IMG/VR virus record: IMGVR_UViG_3300045988_141753
Direction: 5' to 3' (one strand)
Source of the DNA: a virus
Length of the DNA: 64,000 nt
Positions 27,858 to 37,664 of this stretch are shown here, in pieces. Made by a program: the position numbers and the translations under genes. Position 1 is the stretch's first letter. The number at the start of each line of letters is the position of its first letter. The notes beneath the pieces are model-generated. The model worked only from the letters and a program-made list of their open reading frames with translations, ran no database searches and had not been told where the DNA came from.

Positions 27858-29930
27858 CAGAAATGTAATGTAGTAAAGTTGGACATCGATGTTTCAGACA
27901 GACCTACAGTAATAAATTACCTGATTGACAAATATGGTGAAAATCGTGTTTGTCAGATTATAAATTTCTCATATATAACACCTGTTGTAGCCATAAAAGA
28001 TGTTGGTAAAATACTAGGTTTTAAATATAATGAAATGGATAAACTGTCCAAAAAGTTTTCGTACAATACATTCCAAGAGTGTATTAACAACAACATAAAC
28101 TACTTATCTGAACACCCTGAGTACAGTGAGTTGCTTGACATAGCAGGCAAGTTGAGTGGTAGAGTTAAAACAGTTAGTTGCCACGCAGGTGGTGTCGGTA
28201 TCGTTGATACTGACATTAGCGACTATATGGCAATGAAACTAGGCTCTGACGGTGAACACGTCATTCAGGTTGATAAAAGGCTTGTCGAACAAATAGGCAT
28301 TATTAAGTTTGATATTCTTGGTGTTCAGACCTTAAAAATGGTACAGGAAATTCAAAATGACTTGCACTTATCTGAATATGATATAAATATCAACAACCCC
28401 AAATTTGAAAATGATAGAAGTCCATTTGAACTGTTAAACAAAGCATTGACGAATGGTGTGTTTCAGGTAGAAAGTGCAGGTATGAAAGACTTGTTGCTCA
28501 GACTACAAGCAACTAATATGGAAGATTTGTCGGCTGTTTTGGCATTGTATAGACCTGATTCAATGGGAGCTTTGGAGGAGTTTATCAAATGTAAGCATGA
28601 TCCTTCACTTGTTACCTATATACACCCCGACATGAAGCCTATTTTGGAAAGCACTTACGGCTGCATGATCTATCAGGAACAACTTTTGGATATTGTAAGA
28701 ACTTTTGGTGGCAGAAGCTATGGTGGAGCTGACTTATTCCGCAAGGCGATAGGCAAAAAGAATATTGAACTTGTTAAGCAAGAGTCAGAAAAGCTGTACC
28801 AAGAAATTATTGACAATGGATATTCTCATGAAATTGCCAAAACGATTAGTGAAGAATTGAAAACTAAAGGTGGTTATCTGTTCAACAAATCACATAGTTA
28901 TAGCTACGCTGTTCTATGCTTTCAAACTGCTTATTTAAAAATAAATTACCCTGTTTATTTTTTCAAAGCACTATTTAATTTGAACAAAGATAAGGCGGGT
29001 ATGGTAAATAAATACATTGTAGACTCTAAACAGTTTGGAGTAACTGTTTTGCCACCTCATATTAATAAATCGCAAGTCGATTTTTCTATTTACGATAATA
29101 ATGTTATGTTTGGTTTTTCTGCGATTACAGGCATTGGTGAACGAATAGCCCAAGAGATTGTTGCTGAGCGTGAGAAGAATGGTAAGTATAAAAACCTTCA
29201 AGATTTGCTGTCAAGAACAACACTGACAAAAACTCAGATTATTAACTTAATGAAGTCAGGTGCAATACCTACGAAAGATAAAAAGAATTGCCTATTGAAA
29301 TATTTGAAGTCATTGTATAAACCATTAGAATATAAAGAATTGTCTAAGTTGCCAACATATAACAAGCTTATTATTGACTATGATATTGATATTGAAAAAT
29401 ATCGTATCGGCAACGGCAAGTATGACTATGACAAAGATCTGTTACTCACTCTTGTAAACCAGAAAAAGAAAGAAAAGTTTGACCTACAGCAAGAAGATAG
29501 GTTGAAACAATTTCTTTTAACCAATAACAAATATCTTGAAAACGCTGATTTTTGGGAGTTTGAAGCATTACAGATATTTATACATAATAACCCATTTGAA
29601 GAAGCACTCCCCTATCTAACAACAACCTTTGAAACCGTTGAGAATGATAATGATTGCGTTGTTGTAGGTGTTATTTCCAGAGTACAAAAGAAAAAGGACA
29701 GAAATAAAAAACCATTTGCTTTTGTGAATATTTACTCCACCTTCGGTATTATAGAGGGAGTTCTTTGGAATAGTCAACTTGTACAGTATGAAGATTTAGT
29801 CAAGAAAGGCTCTCAGGTTGCTATTAAATGCAGAAAAACAGATGAAGATAAAGTTACAATACAGGCTATGCGACCATATGTTGAATGGCTTTCAGAAAGG
29901 AAGAAAAGACATGGCAGAAAAAACATTTAA
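27858..29930 (+). CDS. dnaE: DNA polymerase III alpha-like subunit, exon 2
   Basis: Starts ...VKLDIDVS (the PDIDID-equivalent), then FDILGVQTL, ALYRPD, and an HhH/OB-like C-terminal region. Confidence 0.8.
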   Translation, partial: QKCNVVKLDIDVSDRPTVINYLIDKYGENRVCQIINFSYITPVVAIKDVGKILGFKYNEMDKLSKKFSYNTFQECINNNINYLSEHPEYSELLDIAGKLSGRVKTVSCHAGGVGIVDTDISDYMAMKLGSDGEHVIQVDKRLVEQIGIIKFDILGVQTLKMVQEIQNDLHLSEYDININNPKFENDRSPFELLNKALTNGVFQVESAGMKDLLLRLQATNMEDLSAVLALYRPDSMGALEEFIKCKHDPSLVTYIHPDMKPILESTYGCMIYQEQLLDIVRTFGGRSYGGADLFRKAIGKKNIELVKQESEKLYQEIIDNGYSHEIAKTISEELKTKGGYLFNKSHSYSYAVLCFQTAYLKINYPVYFFKALFNLNKDKAGMVNKYIVDSKQFGVTVLPPHINKSQVDFSIYDNNVMFGFSAITGIGERIAQEIVAEREKNGKYKNLQDLLSRTTLTKTQIINLMKSGAIPTKDKKNCLLKYLKSLYKPLEYKELSKLPTYNKLIIDYDIDIEKYRIGNGKYDYDKDLLLTLVNQKKKEKFDLQQEDRLKQFLLTNNKYLENADFWEFEALQIFIHNNPFEEALPYLTTTFETVENDNDCVVVGVISRVQKKKDRNKKPFAFVNIYSTFGIIEGVLWNSQLVQYEDLVKKGSQVAIKCRKTDEDKVTIQAMRPYVEWLSERKKRHGRKNI

Positions 29931-32133
29931 GTTTAAAATCATTCCTCAACAGGAGCGATTTTATAACGAAAATAGTAATTGGGGAGTGTACACATTCACA
30001 ACAACTTCTAATGACATTCCATATTTTTATGATTGTTATGACGATCCCTTTGGCGACAACCCAAGGCAGTTAAAAGGTAGCACATTGGCAGGTAAAATGC
30101 AACGCTTAACAATCGGTGTCGAGTACAATGCTGAGGTTACTTGCTCTTTTAATAGTAAATATAACTCGTATCAGTATACTCCAATCTCCATTACTGCAAA
30201 TGTGCCTAAGACAGAAGAACAACAAATAGCATATTTGAAAACTCAGGTCACAGAACTGCAAGCAAAAAACATTTTAGCTGTCTACCCAAATGTAATTGAT
30301 GATGTTATTCATAATAGAGAAATTGATTTTACAAAAATCAAGGGTATGGGCGAAAAGAGTTGGAATAGGATAAAAGATAATATATTGAATAACTATGTTA
30401 TTTCAGATATCCTTATTATGCTTCAGCCGTTGGGTGTAACATATGCCATGATAAGTAAATTGATCTCTAATGAACCTAACCCTCAATTATTGAAGGAAAA
30501 GTTACTTGACAATCCTTACATCATGACAGAAATTCGTGGTTTGGGTTTTAAGAGAGTCGATGATTTGGCGTTGAAGTTAAATCTAGATATCAGGATATCA
30601 ACCAAAAGAGTTGTGGCATTTATCAAGTATTATCTTGAGAGTGTTGGAAACAATGACGGTCATTCATATGTGCTAGAGTCAGTATTGGATAATGCGGTCA
30701 GAGATAACATAAACGATTGTTATGAAATGTACGAGAGCTTTAAATCCACACAAAAGCAACATGAGATATTTCTACATTTTGAAGAAAATAAGGTAGGGCT
30801 ATTACGCCAATATAAAACTGAAATATCTATTTTGGATATTCTAAAAAATCTCAATGAACAAGAAACAGACTATAAGATTAACATTGAAAAGGGTATCTCA
30901 GAAGCAGAAAGAGAACAAGGTTTTTGCTATACAGACGAACAAAAACAAGAGATATATAAGGCTTGTGGCAGTTCTGTAGTGCTTATAACAGGTAGAGCAG
31001 GAACAGGTAAAAGCTCAATTTTAAGAGGACTCACAAAGATATATAAAAGCTATTCTATATCAGCTTGTGCTTTATCTGCTAAAGCTGCGATCAGGATAAC
31101 TGAGGCAACAGGTTTGTTCGCAAGTACAATTCATAGGTTGCTTGGTTTTAACAAGACAGGTTTTGTTTATAACTCTAACAACAGATTGTCTAGTGATATT
31201 ATCGTACTTGATGAAGCTTCAATGGTTAATTCATCATTATTTTATAGCTTGGTTTCTGCTATAAAAGAGGGTGCAAAAGTAATTATTGTAGGTGATGACG
31301 GTCAGTTACCACCAATAGGCTGTGGCAATATCTTTCATGATTTGCTTAATTGTAATGCGTTTACTTGTTGTAAACTGACTAAGATTTTAAGACAGGCTCA
31401 AAAGTCAGGTATTATTTCGGACTCAGTTAAAATTAGAAATGGAGAAAACCCATTGCCTGAACCGAAACTGAAAGTTGTTACTGGCGAACTACAAGACATG
31501 ACCTATATGTTTAGAGAGAGCCGTGAAGGTATGCGTGAATTGGCTATTAAATTGTATACAATGGCAGCTAAGAAAGACGGCTATGATGAAACGATTATTT
31601 TGACACCTTGTAAAAAGGACAGGATAAATAGCTCTTTTGAAATCAACTCTATCTTGCAAGATATGATAATTCCACCTGATACTGCACCTGAGATCAGGTA
31701 TGGTAATAAGACATTTCGTCTTGGGTCGAAAGTTATTCAAAGAACGAATGACTATGATAGAAATGTTTTCAATGGTGAAATGGGTTATATTACAAAAATT
31801 GAACAGACAATTAAAGACGGCAAGAAGCAGAATGTTGTTACAATTAAATTTGCCGACAAGGAAATTGATTTCTTACAAAATGATTTAAGTAGTATTGAGT
31901 TGGCTTACTGTCTGACTTGCCATTTAACGCAAGGTAGCGGTTTTAAGAATGTTATCGTACTGATCGACAATACCCATTATAAACTGCTTGACCGCTGTAT
32001 GCTGTATACTGCGATTACCAGAGCCAAAACTAAATGTGCATTGATTGCCGAGCCTAGTGCCTTTCAGAGGTGCTTGAAAATGCAGGCTTCGCAAAGAAAC
32101 ACTTGGTTGAGTTTGTTGTACAATAATATATAG
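29911..32133 (+). CDS. RecD-like SF1 DNA helicase
   Basis: GRAGTGKS (Walker A), IIVLDEASMV, VGDDGQLPPIG, YTAITRAK. The ATG at 29911 follows a GAAAGGAAG RBS and overlaps the polymerase gene by 20 nt. Confidence 0.8.
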   Translation: MAEKTFKFKIIPQQERFYNENSNWGVYTFTTTSNDIPYFYDCYDDPFGDNPRQLKGSTLAGKMQRLTIGVEYNAEVTCSFNSKYNSYQYTPISITANVPKTEEQQIAYLKTQVTELQAKNILAVYPNVIDDVIHNREIDFTKIKGMGEKSWNRIKDNILNNYVISDILIMLQPLGVTYAMISKLISNEPNPQLLKEKLLDNPYIMTEIRGLGFKRVDDLALKLNLDIRISTKRVVAFIKYYLESVGNNDGHSYVLESVLDNAVRDNINDCYEMYESFKSTQKQHEIFLHFEENKVGLLRQYKTEISILDILKNLNEQETDYKINIEKGISEAEREQGFCYTDEQKQEIYKACGSSVVLITGRAGTGKSSILRGLTKIYKSYSISACALSAKAAIRITEATGLFASTIHRLLGFNKTGFVYNSNNRLSSDIIVLDEASMVNSSLFYSLVSAIKEGAKVIIVGDDGQLPPIGCGNIFHDLLNCNAFTCCKLTKILRQAQKSGIISDSVKIRNGENPLPEPKLKVVTGELQDMTYMFRESREGMRELAIKLYTMAAKKDGYDETIILTPCKKDRINSSFEINSILQDMIIPPDTAPEIRYGNKTFRLGSKVIQRTNDYDRNVFNGEMGYITKIEQTIKDGKKQNVVTIKFADKEIDFLQNDLSSIELAYCLTCHLTQGSGFKNVIVLIDNTHYKLLDRCMLYTAITRAKTKCALIAEPSAFQRCLKMQASQRNTWLSLLYNNI

Positions 32134-32166
32134 TTTTTATGGTATAGATTTGTACATTTTGTATAC

Positions 32167-32236
32167 TTGACATATCTCAAAAGTAGTAGTATACTATAAA
32201 TATAGTCTCAAAAGTAGCATAGTAAAATTAATATGT
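32167..32236 (+). promoter_or_regulatory. promoter plus conserved leader, copy B
   Basis: TTGACA, 17-nt spacer, TATACT; near-identical to 12251-12320. Confidence 0.6.
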
Positions 32237-32273
32237 TGAAAGGTGGTTAAAGAGTGCTAAAGGCAATTAAGAA

Positions 32274-32726
32274 ATGGCTTTACAAAATAAAAGACTTTGT
32301 GAAGTACAAGAGATAGGAGGAAATACTATGAAAGAAATGATATATAAAGGTTCTGTAGAGAATGAACAAAAGGTTATTGATATGCTTGATGAAGGCATTT
32401 ACAAGGGTTTTCATTATGTTATAGTTTCTTACGGCACTCACCCTTGTGCATATATAGAAATTCCAGAGGGGCATAAGTTGTATAATGCTAGTAACCAAAA
32501 TGAATTTTATGATATTGCTTGTCATGGTGGAATTAATTTTAACACATATACAGGACTTCCATTTGTTCCTATTAAAAATCCTAATAAGGGTCATTATATT
32601 GGTTGGAGTTTCTCTACTGTTGGTTATGACTATATTTTTGGTATTTGTTACTGTGGCAAGAAATGGACAACCAAAGAAATATTTGAAGATATTAAGAACG
32701 TTATAGAGCAACTTATAAAAAGTTGA
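32274..32726 (+). CDS. hypothetical protein
   Basis: ORF in the track; the start may be the ATG at 32328, after a GGAGGA RBS. Confidence 0.5.
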   Translation: MALQNKRLCEVQEIGGNTMKEMIYKGSVENEQKVIDMLDEGIYKGFHYVIVSYGTHPCAYIEIPEGHKLYNASNQNEFYDIACHGGINFNTYTGLPFVPIKNPNKGHYIGWSFSTVGYDYIFGICYCGKKWTTKEIFEDIKNVIEQLIKS

Positions 32727-32757
32727 TTTTATTTATAAAAGGAGGCAACAATACAGA

Positions 32758-33741
32758 TTGAATAATGATAAATATTCAGATGATAATAAAGTTCATGATA
32801 CTCAACGTTTAAAGGAGTTGCAAGCATTACCTTTAGAAAGAAAAGTTCTAATAACTCAAAGTCGTATTCTTGAATGGTATAATTATTGGAATGGACAAGT
32901 GTATATCTCATTTTCGGGTGGGAAGGACAGTACAGTTCTTTTACATATTGTAAGAAATTTGTTTCCTGATGTTGAAGCTGTGTTTGTTGATACAGGTCTT
33001 GAATATCCTGAACTTAGGGCTTTTGTTAAAACGTTTGATAACGTTACTTGGCTAAAGCCGAATATGAATTTTCGGCAAATAATAGATACATATGGTTATC
33101 CTCTGATTAGTAAAGAGGTAGCAAACATTATTCGTTACGCAAGAAAAGGCTCGTATACACGTTGGTGTAAGATTTATAATTTTGATGCGATTAAAGATAA
33201 ATATACACCGAGATATAATTTATCTAGATATAAAAGGCTGGCAGATAGTGATATTCCTATTTCTGAACAATGTTGCGACATAATGAAGAAGAAGCCTTGT
33301 AAGGACTATGAAAAACAAAGTGGAAAAAAGGCTATTTTAGGAACAATGGCTTACGAAAGTGGTATGCGAAAAAAAGAATGGGTTAGAACTGGTTGCAATG
33401 CTTTTGAAGCACTTAGACCAATATCTAAACCAATATCATTTTGGACTGAAAATGATGTTCTTGAATACATAATTAAGAATAATTTACAAATAGCTTCTGT
33501 ATATGGCAAAGTTGTAAAAACTGATGAGGGGGGGTACACAACAACAGGAGAGAAAAGAACAGGTTGTATGTTTTGTGGATTTGGCTGTCATTTGGAGAAA
33601 AGTCCCAATCGATTTGAGCGTATGAAAATCACTCACCCTCAAATATGGGATTATTGTATTAGACCAAAAGATCAAGGTGGCTTGGGTATGGGAGATGTCT
33701 TTGATTTTATACACGTTCCGTATGGAAAAGAAAAACGTTAA
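32758..33741 (+). CDS. PAPS-reductase-family / PP-loop ATPase protein
   Basis: PP-loop SFSGGKDS; C-terminal Cys cluster CMFCGFGC. Confidence 0.7.
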   Translation: MNNDKYSDDNKVHDTQRLKELQALPLERKVLITQSRILEWYNYWNGQVYISFSGGKDSTVLLHIVRNLFPDVEAVFVDTGLEYPELRAFVKTFDNVTWLKPNMNFRQIIDTYGYPLISKEVANIIRYARKGSYTRWCKIYNFDAIKDKYTPRYNLSRYKRLADSDIPISEQCCDIMKKKPCKDYEKQSGKKAILGTMAYESGMRKKEWVRTGCNAFEALRPISKPISFWTENDVLEYIIKNNLQIASVYGKVVKTDEGGYTTTGEKRTGCMFCGFGCHLEKSPNRFERMKITHPQIWDYCIRPKDQGGLGMGDVFDFIHVPYGKEKR

Positions 33742-33771
33742 TAATAAAGTGACAGAAAGGGAGTACGTTAA

Positions 33772-34350
33772 ATGGCTGAACAAAAATTTAAAGTAGGCGA
33801 CAGAGTAAAAATCACAGATTTTACAGGAACAATTGTTGGCACTAAGCTTGTAGATAATTCTATTAAATATCATGTAAAAATTGACCAAGGTCGAATTTAT
33901 ACTTGGATATTTCAAAATTCACTTGAACACATGGACTCAGATGCTGATAATTTTAAGCAGACAATCACTATTGAAACCGAAAGAAAGACTGGCGAAACTG
34001 TCATAAGGATATCAAACCCAAGATTTACAACCGATGAGCCTACAGTAAAAGGCACAATCGTTGGTGATGTGGTAAATAAACCAAGCAAACCAAAAATAAC
34101 AGATGAACAGAGAACTGTTTTGGAAGGACTTTATTTGTTGGGTTATAGATATTTAGCTTGTGACGATATTCGTAATGCTTTAGTAGCTTACGAAACACGC
34201 CCCTGCAAAGCAGAAGCAATATGGTATGGTGGAATACATTCAATTAGTGTCAACAACATAACAAAGGTATTAAACAATCTTTGTTCTTGGGAAGACAAAA
34301 AGCCGACCTCGATTGAGTGGTTGCTAGGCAAAAAAGATAAGAATGAGTAA
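33772..34350 (+). CDS. hypothetical protein
   Basis: 192-aa ORF after a GGGAG RBS. Confidence 0.5.
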   Translation: MAEQKFKVGDRVKITDFTGTIVGTKLVDNSIKYHVKIDQGRIYTWIFQNSLEHMDSDADNFKQTITIETERKTGETVIRISNPRFTTDEPTVKGTIVGDVVNKPSKPKITDEQRTVLEGLYLLGYRYLACDDIRNALVAYETRPCKAEAIWYGGIHSISVNNITKVLNNLCSWEDKKPTSIEWLLGKKDKNE

Positions 34351-34384
34351 TATAAAAGTTTTCTTTTATTGAGGTAAACATGAA

Positions 34385-34648
34385 ATGCTTATAATATCAC
34401 AAGATAGAACTCAAATAATAAATACAAATACATTGGTGTCAATATGGGTAGAACCTTCTGTAAAACACGAAACGGTTGTTATTCGAGGTATTATAGACTA
34501 TGATGCAAGTTCGTTTGGAATAAATATGGGAGAATATACGAGGGGAAAAGCTGAATTAGTCATGATTGAAATTATGAAAGCTGTTGATGAAGGAAAAAAT
34601 CTATATTTTATGCCAGAGGGAGATGATAATAATACTAGAAATAAATAA
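34385..34648 (+). CDS. small conserved protein, paralog A
   Basis: MLIISQDRTQIIN...LYFMP parallels 35439-35705. Confidence 0.55.
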   Translation: MLIISQDRTQIINTNTLVSIWVEPSVKHETVVIRGIIDYDASSFGINMGEYTRGKAELVMIEIMKAVDEGKNLYFMPEGDDNNTRNK

Positions 34649-35402
34649 TATATACAATATGGATTGTATAGAAGCTTTAAAACAAATGGATAATGATTCT
34701 GTTGATATGTTCTTTGTAGATTTACCTTATGGAGTTACTGCTAAGAATAAATGGGATAATGTTATTCCAATAGAACCTATGTGGGAACAAGTTATAAGAG
34801 TAGCTAAACCTACTACACCAATTTTATTTTTTGGACAAGATAAATTTACAGCTAAAATGATGTTATCTCAACTTAAATTACATAGATACAATATTATATG
34901 GGAGAAAACAACTCCTACCGGACACTTAAATGCAAAGAAAATGCCTTTAAGAATACATGAAGATATAATGGTGTTTTATCAAAAACTTCCTACCTACAAT
35001 CCACAAAAGACAACAGGACATAAACGTAAAGTAAGCACCGCAGAAAATAAAATAAATTGTATTAAAACATCTAATTATGGCTATTTTGGTCTTACAACTT
35101 ATGACAGTACAGAACGTTACCCAACAAGTATTTGGAAATTTGCTACAGATAAACAACAAATATCTCTTCACCCTACACAAAAACCTTTAGACTTATGCAG
35201 GTATGCTATTCGTACTTATTCTAATGCAGGAGATTTAGTGGTTGACTTTTGCTGTGGGTCAGGAACTATCCCTAAAGCTGCTCAACTAGAACATAGAAAC
35301 TACATAGGTATAGATAATGGTGTCTGTGAAAGAAAAGGTAAATTTGAAGGTTGGTATTGGGCAGATATAGCTAAATATAGACTTAAAAACATGAATAAGT
35401 AA
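34623..35402 (+). CDS. DNA methyltransferase, N4/N6 beta-class
   Basis: Motif IV DLPYG comes first and motif I VVDFCCGSGT comes near the C-terminus, which is the beta-class order. The start is uncertain (34584, 34623 or 34659). Confidence 0.8.
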   Translation: MIIILEINNIYNMDCIEALKQMDNDSVDMFFVDLPYGVTAKNKWDNVIPIEPMWEQVIRVAKPTTPILFFGQDKFTAKMMLSQLKLHRYNIIWEKTTPTGHLNAKKMPLRIHEDIMVFYQKLPTYNPQKTTGHKRKVSTAENKINCIKTSNYGYFGLTTYDSTERYPTSIWKFATDKQQISLHPTQKPLDLCRYAIRTYSNAGDLVVDFCCGSGTIPKAAQLEHRNYIGIDNGVCERKGKFEGWYWADIAKYRLKNMNK

Positions 35403-35438
35403 TACATAAAAATGTTATTTTGAAGGAGTGATTATAAA

Positions 35439-35705
35439 ATGCTTATAATGTCACAAAACGGAGAAAATCTTATAAGTGTTTATACATTAACTGAGATTTG
35501 GATAGATATAGATAGTCCTTCTTATGCTGGAAAGGCAATTATTAAAGCTCTTACTAATGATTATATAGCAGCACATACTCTTGTTAAATGTGGAGTGACA
35601 ATAGGTGTGTATAGTTCTAAAGATGAAGCAAAGAAAGTTTTAGTAAAACTTATGAAGGCTGCCGAGGAAGGTGGTAAGGTTTTTTATATGCCAAATACCA
35701 GATAA
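35439..35705 (+). CDS. small conserved protein, paralog B
   Basis: MLIMSQNGENLIS...VFYMP; GGAG RBS. Confidence 0.55.
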   Translation: MLIMSQNGENLISVYTLTEIWIDIDSPSYAGKAIIKALTNDYIAAHTLVKCGVTIGVYSSKDEAKKVLVKLMKAAEEGGKVFYMPNTR

Positions 35706-35757
35706 GTTAGAAAGGCGAATAAAAATTTAGTTTTATTTATGGAAAGAGGAGATAAGT

Positions 35758-36246
35758 ATGGAATTAATGAAAGAACAACTGATAGAAATACTTGAAAACT
35801 GTGTAAAGTACAACTGTAAAGGTTGCCCATTGTTTAACAAGACTTGCACACAGATAACTAAAAAGAACGCATTGTACTACTTGAAGGATAAATTCACACC
35901 TGTAGAAAACATTTATGAAAACGCCAAAATAACTGATGTGTCATTGGGAATAGACGATCACTGTTGTCTTACCTTTTCTATAGTTCTTAAAGGTTCAGGC
36001 TGGGGAACTTGTTTTGGTGGTTATAACCTAGCTTTTTTCAACGGAACATCGTTTAAAGGTTCTGAAAAGGGACTTGAGGCACTTACAAGAATTATGTATG
36101 TTGTAGGCGTTTCAAAATGGGAAGATATAAAAGGTCGTTATGTTAGAGTAAAACAGGAAGATAGATTAGTTGTCGGAATAGGAAATATCATTAAAGATAA
36201 ATGGTTTGAACCGAGAGAGTTCTTTAAGGAGGTTGAAAATGAGTAG
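35758..36246 (+). CDS. hypothetical protein
   Basis: 162-aa ORF after a GGAGA RBS. Confidence 0.5.
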   Translation: MELMKEQLIEILENCVKYNCKGCPLFNKTCTQITKKNALYYLKDKFTPVENIYENAKITDVSLGIDDHCCLTFSIVLKGSGWGTCFGGYNLAFFNGTSFKGSEKGLEALTRIMYVVGVSKWEDIKGRYVRVKQEDRLVVGIGNIIKDKWFEPREFFKEVENE

Positions 36247-36586
36247 AAAATTCACTGATGAGGAAGTCGTAGAGGCGGCACTTTGCTGCACAGCAAAGAG
36301 TTGCGACACCTGCCCGTTTATAGTTTTAGGAGAAGGATTTGAAAAATGTATCATAAAATTTTCAGAATACATAGCAAACAACACAAAAAACGAGCCTGTA
36401 CCTACCGCAGACGTGCAGGAGGTCAAGCATGGAGACTGGCTTAAACCTGGCAATGACCCAATTGACAATAAACAATGGATTTGTTCCGAATGCAAAGGAT
36501 TAACTGAAACGGCATATTATTGTGGGCATTGCTATTATAATTACTGCCCTAATTGTGGCACAAGAATGGACGGTGATAGCTTGTGA
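36239..36586 (+). CDS. hypothetical Zn-ribbon protein
   Basis: The ATG at 36239 follows an AAGGAGG RBS; CSEC...CPNC pairs. Confidence 0.5.
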   Translation: MSRKFTDEEVVEAALCCTAKSCDTCPFIVLGEGFEKCIIKFSEYIANNTKNEPVPTADVQEVKHGDWLKPGNDPIDNKQWICSECKGLTETAYYCGHCYYNYCPNCGTRMDGDSL

Positions 36587-37251
36587 AAATAACAAGGCTG
36601 TCGGAAAATCAGAGGTTTGTTTTCAGATGGTGGACGGCACGGGAGCTTAGTGATTACGACGGGATAATCTGTGACGGTGCGGTCAGATCGGGCAAGACCT
36701 TTTGTTTGTCGGCGTCTTTTATGACATGGGCGATGACTAATTTTGACGAGTGCATTTTTGGGCTATGCTCAAAAACTATCGTGTCGCTGAAAAGGAATAT
36801 CCTGCCTGCACTCAGGGAGTATATGAAAGCCATGGGCATGACGGCTGTGGAGGTCGCGTCAAAGAACTATATGGACGTGAGCTTTTGTGGCAGGAAAAAC
36901 AGGTTTTACTACTTTGGCGGCAGGGACGAAGGCTCACCCTCTCTTATCCAGGGCGTGACCCTTGCGGGGGTGCTTCTTGACGAGGCGGCACTTATGCCCA
37001 GAAGCTTTATAGAGCAGGCTGTGGCAAGGTGTTCAGTGGCGGGGAGCAAGCTGTGGTTCAGCTGCAATCCTGACAATCCTTACCACTGGTTCAAGAAAGA
37101 GTGGATTGACAAGGCTGAGGAAAAACGGCTTATCTATAGACATTTTGTGATGGAGGACAATCCGACCCTTGACCGGGCGGTGATAGAACGCTATCACAGG
37201 ATATATACGGGGACGTTTTACGAGCGTTTTGTGCTTGGAAAATGGCATTGA
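36583..37251 (+). CDS. terminase large subunit, N-terminal ATPase domain only (truncated, displaced copy)
   Basis: Walker A GAVRSGKT and Walker B LLDEAA, with a PBSX-type TerL N-terminal pattern. It stops after 222 aa with no nuclease domain. Its G+C content is visibly higher than that of its neighbours. Confidence 0.65.
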   Translation: MKITRLSENQRFVFRWWTARELSDYDGIICDGAVRSGKTFCLSASFMTWAMTNFDECIFGLCSKTIVSLKRNILPALREYMKAMGMTAVEVASKNYMDVSFCGRKNRFYYFGGRDEGSPSLIQGVTLAGVLLDEAALMPRSFIEQAVARCSVAGSKLWFSCNPDNPYHWFKKEWIDKAEEKRLIYRHFVMEDNPTLDRAVIERYHRIYTGTFYERFVLGKWH

Positions 37252-37277
37252 AAGTTTGGCAACAAGGAGAGACGGCA

Positions 37278-37664
37278 ATGCGTGAAATACTTTTTAGAGG
37301 AAAACGTGTAAATAATGGTGAATGGTTTCAGGGCTATCCCTGCCGCTATGGTTGGATAGGAAAAGAAAAGGACTATATCATTCCCGATTATGCAAGTGCG
37401 TTATATACAGCCGAAATTGACCCTGAAACTGTCGGTCAGTACACAGGTCTTACTGACACGAACGGCAGGAAGATTTTTGAGGGGGATATTGTTTGGGACA
37501 GCTATGACGAAGATTATGGCAAAGTCGAGTGGGATAATGATACCGCTAGATTTATCATAACCTGTTCTACATTCACAGTTGATTTCGACAGTGTTTGTGG
37601 CGAAGAACTAGAAATTGTCGGCAACGTTTATGACAATTCCGAACTAATAAAGGAGAAACAATAA
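37278..37664 (+). CDS. YopX-family protein
   Basis: ILFRGKRVNNGEW..G......TVGQYTGLTDTNGRKIFEGDIV is typical of YopX; AAGGAGAG RBS. Confidence 0.7.
   Translation: MREILFRGKRVNNGEWFQGYPCRYGWIGKEKDYIIPDYASALYTAEIDPETVGQYTGLTDTNGRKIFEGDIVWDSYDEDYGKVEWDNDTARFIITCSTFTVDFDSVCGEELEIVGNVYDNSELIKEKQ

Noticed and set aside
36583-37251. This ORF as the functional packaging terminase of the phage
   Set aside because: It has only the ATPase half, sits on the opposite strand and far from the structural genes, and has foreign base composition. The real terminase is presumably beyond 64000.
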